Below are positions 50,296-60,000 of a stretch of DNA of 60,000 nt, one piece after another; the stretch's first letter is position 1, and every line of letters starts with the position of its first letter. This DNA is from Callorhinchus milii (taxonomy: Eukaryota). Under the pieces are notes generated by a model. That model made no database searches, was not told the origin of the DNA, and saw only the letters and a list, made by a program, of their open reading frames with translations. The stretch spans positions 22,694,001-22,754,000 of the forward strand of contig NW_024704743.1 in NCBI RefSeq assembly GCF_018977255.1. The letters are read 5' to 3'. The translations under genes were made by a program, and so were the position numbers.

Positions 50296-51305
50296 TGCCT
50301 TGCAAGCGAGAGGGCTGGTCAAAACCTTAAGGCAAGTCTCTTTACTTCACATGCCTCTGTTTACCTGGCAGTAAGTAGGAACCTGCTTGTTAGTCAATTG
50401 GCTGATCGCTTTCCAGGGGTAATAATCCCTAAAAAAAATTCATAATAATTTGGTGATTCAATCCACAACTGTTTGTGGGACACTGCCCATCACTGCCTAC
50501 CACCACCTCCGCAACATTGCCAGACTGCGCCACTGCCTCACCCCTCAGGCTGCCGAGACCCTCACCCACGCATTGGTCACATCAAGACTCGATTATGGGA
50601 ACTCCGTCCTCATCGGCCTTCCCAACTCTTCCCTTCACAAGCTGCAGATCATCCAAAACTCTGCAGCTCGTGTACTCTCACGCACCAGGCTCCGCGACCC
50701 CATCACTCCCACCCTCACCCGACTCCACTGTCTCCCCATTCCCCAGAGGATCGAGTTCAAGATCCTCATCCTCACTTTCAAGGCCATCCATGGCCTTGCC
50801 CCCTCTTACCTCTCTGACCTGCTGACTCCCTACCAACCTGCCCGCTCCCTCCACTCATCAGGCTCCGGTCTGCTCCATGTCTCCCACCCGACCCACCCTA
50901 CCATCGGTGGTCGGGCTTTCAGCCTCTCTGCCCCCACACTCTGGAACTCCATCCCACGGTCTCTTCGCCTCGCTTCCTCCCTTGCATCCTTCAAGGCCGG
51001 TCTCAAGACCCTTCTCTTCAACCGTGCCTTTGGTCTCCCTCCCACCTCTCTGCCTTCCCTCACCCCTACCCCACCTTTCCCCCATTGCTCGGGCCCTGAG
51101 GCCTGACTGTTCAGCGCTTTGAGACGTCCTCCCAATGTGAAAGGCGCTCTATAAGTATAATTTTATTGTTGTTGTTGTGCGCAATTGGCTGCTGGGTTTC
51201 ACCCACAAAATATACAGTCAGATCCCTTAACAGTATACTCTGGAAGTGCCTTGAAATGTCTCGATGACGTGATAAAGAGCTATATCAAATGCAAAAATTA
51301 TTAAT
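50296..51305 (+). mobile_element. CORE-like SINE (50296-50486 plus 51175-51305) split by an L2 insertion
   Basis: The SINE breaks at tgtttgtgggacactg and resumes at gtgcgcaattggctgc after the L2 tail. Confidence 0.88.
50487..51177 (+). mobile_element. L2 3' fragment (~0.7 kb) with the ORF2 C-terminus still open
   Basis: ORF 50450-51106: HLRNIARLR...SRLDYGNS...LWNSIP...FKAGLKTLLF; tail aaggcgctctataagtataattttatt(gtt)n. Confidence 0.95.
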
Positions 51306-51980
51306 ATTTTGCCTCATCAATCCAAGATTGTGCAGTAGGAATGAACAACTCCAACACACCATATAATAAGCAACTTGTTGCTCTCCCATTTACAGGCATG
51401 TTTCTTTATACAAAGGCGTTCTGAATATAACAGTAACGGTGACAGGCTACACGCAATAGGTAGAGACAAAGTGGATTCTACAAAGTTGTGCTAGTCCAGT
51501 ATGTACTACATCTGTCCATGCCAGTATGTAACAGCTGAAAGGCTGGGGGAGAGAGTTAATGTCAGCTTTGCTAAGAGACACAGAAGGATCTGTTGCTGCA
51601 CTCACTGATAACCAGTGAGTGAAGCTCCCATACAGGCAAAGAACGATAAGTTTGAAGGCAAGTCAAGCCTGGTGTCCAATGGCTGAGTGCACAGTGGGTA
51701 AGGATATTTTGTGTGAAAATTCCAGTAGTGCTCTGTTGACGTTGGGATCAAGGAACGTTTGTTGGGGCAAAGTCCAACTGTGTTTGACCCTTGGCATACC
51801 TGAACTGGGTGTGCTTGTTTTTGACACAGGCATCCAAAATACAAACCCCCCACCCCAAAACATTTTCTTTTAAAAATTAAGACTGGATTGAAGGTTCACT
51901 TTCCATCTGCCTGAGAATCCAATTCACCCTTTGTTAAAAGCTTGTGGGACAACTGGAATTTGTGCCAGTTACAGATAAAA

Positions 51981-52293
51981 GAGTCCTGTAGCTCAGTGGT
52001 TAGAGCACTCGCTTTGCAAGCGAGACACTGGGTTCAATTCCAGGCACAAAACCTTGGGCAAGTTTCCTTACTCCACACAGAGCCTAATAATATTCCCTCC
52101 AAAACAATAATAAATTGGTCATTTTCAATCCACGACTGTTTGTGGGACACTGCTGTGTGCAATTGGCTGCCGCATTTCGCCCACAAATATACGGTCAATT
52201 CACTTTACAGTCTGTTCTGTGTAGCGCTTTGAGACGTCGAGAAGACGTGAAAAGCGCTATACCAAATGCAAGGATTATTATTTATATTATTAT
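51981..52293 (+). mobile_element. tRNA-derived SINE, short subfamily, full length
   Basis: A-box tagctcagtgg, stem-loop ctcgc-tttgcaa-gcgag, B-box gggttcaattcc, accttgggcaagtttcc core, L2-type tail. Confidence 0.92.
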
Positions 52294-52928
52294 TTCCTCC
52301 TGAAAACATCACAACACTGAAATTCAACCCGTCACTGTACCTTTAAGAAAAGATAGGAGGAGGAACATCAGGTCAATAGCCCGGTTAGCACCACTCCCCC
52401 ACATAATGAGAATTCTCATCAGAATCACTCACAACTGCGGACTCTCCCTTTTCTATATGCTGTTCCAAATATCCATTACAGAGCATAACGTTCCATACAG
52501 TTTTGAGCCTTTTAAATTGAGGATGAATAATTTATCAGTTTGTAGCATGGTACTGTGGGCAGCCATTGGACCCTCTTCCTTGTATAAACATGGTAATACA
52601 TTTAAGGATTTATAGTCAAGAGCTTTCAGTGATGTGGTAAAGCACTACATCGAATGACAGGATTATTAATCATAAATAATAATTCTTGCATTTACTATAA
52701 AGTGGTGTGAGTGTACATTTTGTATGCAATAATAATATCTTAATGCACGTTGCCAGATAATAAAGATAATAAAGAGGTGTTACTCTGCAACAGATTAAAT
52801 GTGATCATTTCTTTTATGAAGCACTTTGAGATGGGTAGCCTGTGTGAAAAGTGCTATATAAGTGCAAGTTGTAGTCGTTGTATAAAATGTCACATTTTAC
52901 ACCTGAAAGTCTTCCATTTGAAAAGGCT

Positions 52929-53360
52929 TAATAATAATAATCCTTGCATTTGATATAGCACCTTATCACATCATTGAGATTTCTGAAAGTGCTTCACAGG
53001 ATACACTGCAAAGTGGATTGACTGTGTATTTTGTACGCGAAAAGCAGCAGCCAGTTTGCACACAGCAATGTCCCACAAACAGCCATGGAGTGAGTGACCA
53101 ATTTTATTTAGGGGATTATTGGCTAGGACAATGGGAGAAACTCGCTTTGAATAGTGCCATAGGATCTTTAAAGTCCACCTAAACAGACAGACCGGACCGC
53201 AGTTTAACGTCTCATCTGAGGGGTGGCACCTCTGACATTGTAACACACGCCCAGCAATATAGTGGAGTGTCAGCTTAGACTATGTGATTCCGAGTCCCAA
53301 TGCGGGGCTTGAACCCACAACTTTCTGACTCAGGCGAGAGTGTTACCACCGTGCCAGGCT
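52929..53360 (-). mobile_element. Deu-domain SINE, near full length
   Basis: - strand head ggcacggtggtaacactctcgcctgagtcagaaagttgtgggttcaagccc, Deu core, shared 3' module and (att)n tail. Confidence 0.88.
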
Positions 53361-53611
53361 TGACTTCTCCTCAGAGTGATTGAATGAACCAGAGAGATGA
53401 AGGAGCAGACAGTGAGAGTGGCAATCCTTGTTCCTTCAGTGAGAAAGAGTTTCTATATTGCCTAACGCTGGAACAGTTCAAACTGTTTCACGGTAATTAA
53501 TGCCAAGAGTAGTGACAAAGGCAGCTGTTTTGTACACAGCAAGTTCCCTCAATGACCAATGAATAATCAATTACTCTGGAGGATTGTTGGTCTCAAGTCC
53601 CGACAAGTATA

Positions 53612-54245
53612 ATAATAATTGGTAACTCAATCCATGACTGTTTGTGGGACACTGCATTTCGCCCACAAAATATACAGTCAATCACTTTATAGTATATTCT
53701 GTGAAGTGCTTTGAGATATCTCGAAGATGTGATAAGGCACAATATCAAGGATTATTATTATTATATTTATAAGGAGCTTGAATCCACAATTTTCTAACCC
53801 AAAGGTAAAAGTGCAGCGACTGAGTCAAGCTGGCATCTTTGCAAATTTATACTTAATAATAATAATAATCCTTGCATTTGATATAGCGCCTTATCACAAA
53901 TGTGCAGTCGGTTCACTTTACAGCATATTCTGTGAAGCGCTTTGAGACGTCGAGAAGACGTGAAAAATGCTATATCAAATGCAAGGATTATTATTATTAT
54001 TATTATATTGTTGAGATGTCTCAAAGCGCTTCACAGAATATCCTGTTAAATTAATTGACAAAACACGGCAGCCAATTGCGCACAGCAATGTCCCACAAAA
54101 GTCACGGATTGAGTAACCCAATTTTGTTTTAAGGAATTATTTCCCCAGAAAGCGATCCGACTAACAACGGGTTCCTACTTACTGCTAGGTAAACAGAGGC
54201 ATGTGGAGTGAAGTAACTTGCGTAAGTTTTCGCCCTGCCAGGAAT
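53612..54245. mobile_element. Cluster of four SINE fragments in alternating orientation
   Basis: 53612-53765 (+), 53855-53898 (-), 53900-54005 (+), 54010-54245 (-). Confidence 0.85.
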
Positions 54246-54254
54246 CTCTCACCA

Positions 54255-54577
54255 TTACACTCTCTCCCTGCATTACTATCCTATCCGCTGCCTCCGCTCG
54301 ACTGGCTCCGGCCTCTTCCTTGTCCCCTGTACCCTCCGCCACACTATCGGCGGCCATGCTTTCAGCCACCAAGCCCCCAAGCTCTAGCTCACTCCATTCG
54401 CCTTGCCCCCTCTCTTCCCATTTTCAGGTCTTGCTTGAAGACCTTCCTCTTCAACAGTGCCTACGGTCATCTTTCCCCCTCCCCCCTGGCTCGGCATCGG
54501 GCTCCGCCACTCTTGAGCGCTCCAAGACACCTTCCGGCATGAAGGGCGCTATATAAGTGCAAGCTGTTGTTGTTGTT
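54255..54577 (+). mobile_element. L2 3' fragment
   Basis: FRSCLKTFLFNSAYG; tail aagggcgctatataagtgcaagct(gtt)n. Confidence 0.88.
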
Positions 54578-55054
54578 TCAGAGTTTCTGAACAGCCTCTG
54601 GCTACAGAGAGAGAAAGAGTGGGTGTTGTACCGCACCAAGAGGAAATGGGCTCTGTGAAGTCAGACATATAATATTTACAAGACTCTCCACTGGCCGGGA
54701 GCGCAACCAGCATTCCTTATAAACATCTACAGCGTTTCTGTGTACTGGGGGCGTTCTGAACATGACAGGATGTCAAAACTGTGGCTCACTCAATAAGTGG
54801 AGACAGGGTGGGTGAAGGACATTGCAGGACTATGCTAGTCAATGGCAGAGCTTAGAGAAAAACATTAGTCGACATGGCCACAGTGGTGGAGCGTTGATAA
54901 GCGTTATCAACAGCTAACAGAAAATCCTATTTTGAAAGAGACATCCCATATGAGATATACAATTGAACTCATGCAACACTCACTGCTCAGAGTGTGTTAT
55001 TTATTTGATGTCTAGGTACAATTCTTTGTAAAACAAAGAAATGGTTAAAATCCG

Positions 55055-55272
55055 GAGCCTAAAATTTCTCACCTTCTTAGGATTAAGACCATTGTTTTAA
55101 AAGGTAGGATTGTGCGGAGTTTTGGAAAAACAATTTTGAACTTATCCTAAGTTCAGAAGTCGGTTTTCCACAGTTCTGAGGAAAATTGGCTCGCAATTTT
55201 AGTTTGCTGCTTTCCATAAGTCTGTATGATCTTAATTTTGAACACAATGATCTTAAGCCTAAGAATGTAGGA
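55055..55272. mobile_element. Palindromic MITE family copy
   Basis: ttcttaggattaagaccattgt...ttttggaaa pairs with tttccataagtctgtatgatcttaattttgaacacaatgatcttaagcctaagaa. Confidence 0.72.
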
Positions 55273-55587
55273 CTGCACATCGAATCGATGGTTGAAAGGA
55301 TACAGACATGGCTTTGTTTTCTCAGCACATTATTGGATCCCAAATCATCACGGTGGTGAAAAATTATCATTAGCACTACAAGAGTGGTACACTTTCATTC
55401 ATTCATTTTAAAACACAATTTGTCATTCACCCTTGTCCCCCTGGAAGAATATTAAAATTTGTAAAATCATTTAGAATCAATATTTAATAGCATTACAACG
55501 TGACACCTTCATCCCACCTGTTACTCACCCACCCTGTTCTGTAATGCAAACAAACAACAAATGGCACAGGATGTCCGTGGACAAGGT

Positions 55588-55955
55588 AATAATAATAATA
55601 TTCGCATTTGATATAGCGCCTTATCACGTCTCCTAGATGTCTCAAAATGCTTCACAGAATATACTGTAAAGTGAATTGACTGTATATTTTGTGGATGAAA
55701 TGGAGCAGCCAATTATGCACAGCAGTGTCCCACAAACAGTTGTGGATTGAATGACCAAATTCTTCTTATTCTTTTTTTGAAGGAATTATTACCCCGGAGA
55801 AGCGATCTGCCAATCGACTAACAACCCGGTTCCTACTTACTGCTAGGTAAATAGAGATGTGTGGAGTCAGGAAACTTGCCCAACGTTTCGCCTGCCAGTA
55901 ATCAAACCCATATCTCTCGCTTCTGAGGTGAATGCTCTAACCACTGAGCTACAAA
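55588..55955 (-). mobile_element. CORE-like SINE, long subfamily, full length
   Basis: - strand gtagctcagtggttagagc...gttgggcaagtttcc...acctagcagtaagtaggaacc...tail. Confidence 0.9.
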
Positions 55956-58776
55956 CCTCCAGAACCCAGGAAATGGAATCAAATATCAAGTGGATCACAG
56001 TTAACTTCCACTGTAGGCTGAGTGCCACACTTTTAATAAAGTGGTACCAACTAGTATAGGGATCAAAATACATACATTTTACATTAATTTGGCAGACTCA
56101 TAAGTGGTAAAATTGTTTTATTGAGAGATTTTACCATCAACATCTGCTGCCAAATGCACAGTGCTCAAATCTTCTGCCAACTCCATGGGATGGCAGTCTC
56201 TTAGGCCAATGTTGGTACAAGATAGGGATCGTGATATGTATATAGATTGATAGTTTTACTATTTTAATCTAAAAAAAAATATTTTTTTTCTATGGTTATA
56301 TGTGTGCGTGTGTGTGTGAGAACAAGAGAGGGCACATAGGAGAATGGCAGGGAGAGAATGAATTGCGATGATAGGAAACTTTCAGTGAGGCTGCTTTTGG
56401 TGCCAACAGATGACGGAGTATTTTCACTACTGCTGTCATCACACTGGTTAAAATATTGTTAGAAAGTTTCCAGGAGAATATGTTAAACTCAGGCAAGTCT
56501 TCAGGGAACCATTGTTAGTAATTTCCAAACTGATCAATGCAATACAAGATTGATTTCAAAAGAACTAAATTTGCCGAAAAAAAAATATTGGGGAGTTTGG
56601 AACAAATGTATGATCTGCAAATTACAATGTCCAAATTATTTTGTCACACGACACATTGCCTACATTACTAAACCACAGCTGCAACATATGGTTGCTAAGT
56701 CGTCCAAATTTCTGCCTGGTAACTGCTCTTATGGATTTCTTCATTCACAGATTTTTTTTGAAGGAACAAAAATCGACTGTGTGCACAATGAATGCAGCAG
56801 CAGGCAGGCTGGGCCAAGACTGAAGGCTATATTGAATGCACAAAGTGGACAAGTTGAGCTGCAATCGAATATTACTGGATCACGGTCAAACAATGACAAG
56901 AAAAAGGCAACTGGGCCTATATAGGTAGCGTACCTATACCCGTAACTCTGGGCCAGACTAAAAATAACCCTTGGAAGAAGTGTGCTTTATTGTTATAAAA
57001 ACTGACGTGGTTCTATTACACGTCTAATGGAGTTTACTGCCTCCATCCCTTACTTCAGCTCTAGTGATAGGCACAACAGAGACTGTGCCATGGGATACTT
57101 GGTAAGCAGCTTGAAGCTGCAGGTGAAGGAACTGGACAGGGACACACACAACAGATCAAGCAGATTGATTTGGCACGCTGGCTAGAATGGCCCTGACGGG
57201 GTTGTGGAGTGACACTGTTCAAAAACAAATCAGGTATTTTTTAATATATATACGTAACATATCTATATTCACCATCCACACCACCAGTTAAGAAATACCC
57301 TTCCCCTTGAGCATCAATCTCAATTTTTCTAACTCACTCCAAGATATGTACTGGGAGCACAATAAGGTTAATATCCATGTACCTTTTCCTACGAACGCCA
57401 CAGTCTTTGGTATTGCTCCAGGTATTGGTATTTAGCAAACTTTCCCCAGTGGATTTAGATAGAACTGTAATGCAATTTTCAATTTATTTTGAAATTCAGG
57501 ATCCAAAGCTACTTATGTTAAAATTGCATTCATTATTCCTAACGGCAGAGAGACATTTTGCGAACACTTTCACTGAATGGAGTAATATACAGGTTGGAGT
57601 AAATATACAAGTCAAGGAACAACACACTGGTTGGAACTGAATAACCCCAGAAGTGACTTGCAAGATGTTGTGTCAGTTCAACAGTGATCTGTTAAAATCT
57701 GCAAGAACCCACGACTTTTGTAACTTATAAAGCATTTTGCCCCCCCAAATCTTAAAAAGCTAATTTTAAAAAAAAACTTGTAATTTTCTTTCCTAACACT
57801 TTTTAATGATATAAACGTAAATGTTGTGTTGCCGTACCCTTTAGAGGCTGAATCAACCATTTGGCAGTACAAACCGAGGTTCTACACGCCTCAATTCTGA
57901 GACTCTGCGCACTGTGAAAGTGCACCGAGCAGAGCGGGTGGGGGTGGACACACACACACCCACACACACGCACACAAAGTGATGGGGGGAAAAATGGGGA
58001 CCCGCTACTAATTTATTTACACTACCAAGGCTGTGCAAACAATAAGACCCAACTTTCGCCCACAAAATACACAGTCAATCCACTTTACAGCATATCCTGT
58101 GAAGATGTCTCAGCAACGTGATAAGCCGGTATATCAAATGCAAAGATTATCATTATTATTATTATTAATAACCTAACGTAATGGTTCAATTCGGCGAGTT
58201 AGTGCATGGAAATACATTTAAGATTAAAGTGGCTCACTGTGAATTCAAGACTCTCAGATATACACACACACACACACCCATATGGGCTCAACACACCATA
58301 ATGTCTCTATCCCTCTCCCCCGCACAGTTAGTGATCAACTTTTAAAGTTTAAAACTCAGCGACACCAGAGGAATCTGTCGCTCTGCTGTCAGTTCTCTTT
58401 TAAGCGAAAGATATACAGCAACATCTCCAAAATGGCATAAACCTAAAGCCCACCTTTACTACTTCCCTCCCCACCTTACATACAAACACCATAAGAGGTG
58501 TGGGGGTGGGGGTGTGTGGCGGTGTGTGTGTGTGTGTGTGTGGTGGTGGGGGGGGATTATCAATATCAAGCCCTAACATGGTGTGTGACAAACTGAAGAA
58601 CACAATTGGAAAACTTTGGGGGTGGTGATGGGGGGGGGGCGGGGGTCCTTCTTTCTCCCTACCACAACTTCTTCTCCAAAAAAAATAAGAGAGACTACAC
58701 CCAGACCATGTTTACAGCCAGCCAGGCAGCCAGGCAGGCAGGAAAGGCAAGCCAGCCAGCCAGCCTTGCCTTTATA

Positions 58777-59002
58777 CGCCTAATAATAATCCCTCCAAAA
58801 CCAAAAACAATAATAAATTGGTCATTTTCAATCTACGACTGTTTGTGGGACATTGCTGTGCGCAATTGGCTGCCGCGTTTGCCCACAAATATACAGTCAA
58901 TTCACTTTACAGTGTGTTCTGTGAAGCGCTTTGGGACGTCCTCCCGACGTGAAAAGCGCTATATCAAATGCAAGGATTATTATTATTATTATTATTATTA
59001 TT
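58777..59002 (+). mobile_element. SINE, short young subfamily, 5'-truncated, long (att)n tail
   Basis: gcctaataataatccctccaaaaccaaaaacaataataaattggtcattttcaatc..., nearly identical to the reverse complement of 43648-43865. Confidence 0.92.
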
Positions 59003-59161
59003 GCCTCTCCCCCCTCTCTCTCTCTCTCTGTGTGTAGTGTGTGTGTGTATGTTCTCTCAGTGGGTCCCCCACCCCACAGCCCCCACACCTGGCCAGTCAC
59101 TGTGACCACCACTGTGTCCCCACCCCAACCCCCCCAGGTTGACAGCTGGTGGGTACCACCC

Positions 59162-60000
59162 ACAGCCACTGCCACAGCCACAGGCACTGCCACAGCCACT
59201 GCCACAGGCACTGCCATTGCCACAGCCACTGCCACAGCCATAGCCACTGCCACAGGCACTGCCACAGCCACTGCCATTGCCACAGCCACTGCCATAGCCA
59301 CAACCACTGCCATAGCCACTGCCACAGCCACTGCCACAGCCACTGCCATAGCCACTGCCACAGCCACTGCCACAGCCACAGCCACAGCCACTGCCACAGG
59401 CACTGCCACAGGCACTGCCACAGGCACTGCCATAGCCACAACCACTGCCATAGCCACTGCCACAGCCACTGCCACAGCCACTGCCACTGCCACAGCCACT
59501 GCCACAGCCACAGCCATAGCCACTGCCATAGCCACTGCCATAGCCACAGCCACAGCCACTGCCATAGCCACTGCCACAGGCACTGCCACTGCCACAGGCA
59601 CTGCCATAGCCATAGCCACTGCCACAGCCACTGCCACAGCCACTGCCACAGCCACTGCCACAGCCACTGCCACAGCCACTGCCATAGCCACTGCCACAGC
59701 CACTGCCACAGCCACTGCCACAGCCACTGCCACAGCCACTGCCATAGCCACTGCCACTGGCACTGCCATAGCCACTGCCATAGCCACTGCCATAGCCACA
59801 GCCACTGCCATAGCCACAGCCACTGCCATAGCCACAGCCACTGCCACTGCCACAGCCACAGGCACTGCCATAGCCACAGCCACAGCCACTGCCACTGCCA
59901 CTGCCATAGCCACAGCCACTGCCATAGCCACAGCCACTGCCATAGCCACTGCCACTGCCACAGCCACTGCCATAGCCACAGCCACTGCCATAGCCACAGC
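59162..60000. repeat. Variant hexamer tandem array (GCCACA/GCCACT/GCCATA, with rarer GGCACT, GCCATT, ACCACT)
   Basis: About 140 units in strict 6-bp phase, running off the right edge of the window. Confidence 0.97.

Noticed and set aside
51981..52045. tRNA-Ala(UGC) gene
   Set aside because: A and B boxes and an anticodon-like arm are present, but there is no acceptor stem and the sequence continues into a SINE body. The same applies to the other SINE heads.
58897..59997. 366-aa (VA/MA)n ORF and 114-aa (WL/WQ)n ORF as real genes
   Set aside because: They follow from a stop-free hexamer array. The longer ORF's C-terminus runs through a microsatellite and a SINE, and there is no domain signal.
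41265..60000. TGFBR2 exon 1 or the alternative TbetaRII-B exon
   Set aside because: I found no signal-peptide exon with a phase-1 donor and no CpG-island promoter; exon 1 is probably beyond the window. The ORF-track start at 41316 is intronic.
59162..60000. CRISPR-like or telomeric array
   Set aside because: There are no unique spacers, the context is a eukaryotic intron, and the unit is not TTAGGG.

Overview
Vertebrate genomic DNA, most likely from a cartilaginous fish (inferred from the repeat content: L2/CR1 LINEs, Deu-domain SINEs and CORE-like tRNA-SINEs with L2-type tails). Two genes converge tail-to-tail, as in the human TGFBR2-GADL1 locus. The + strand carries the last coding exon of GADL1 (7352-7525, missed by the ORF track) and a long AT-rich putative 3'UTR. 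The - strand carries TGFBR2 exons 2-7 (41264 to 17601), with all GT-AG junctions and phases consistent. Exon 1 was not found and probably lies beyond 60000. The introns are full of truncated L2 and CR1 LINEs, about 20 SINE copies and several MITEs. Points worth a second look: a 9-aa C-terminal extension of TGFBR2 ending in a class I PDZ-like motif (TVV); a dispersed palindromic MITE family with one ~240-bp hairpin copy in the TGFBR2 3'UTR; two SINE bodies sharing an L2-derived stem-loop tail, one with a young subfamily; an inverted pair of similarly truncated L2s in intron 1; a 157-bp TG...CA direct repeat; and an 840-bp variant-hexamer array at the right edge. I see no convincing evidence of a wholly new multi-gene system.
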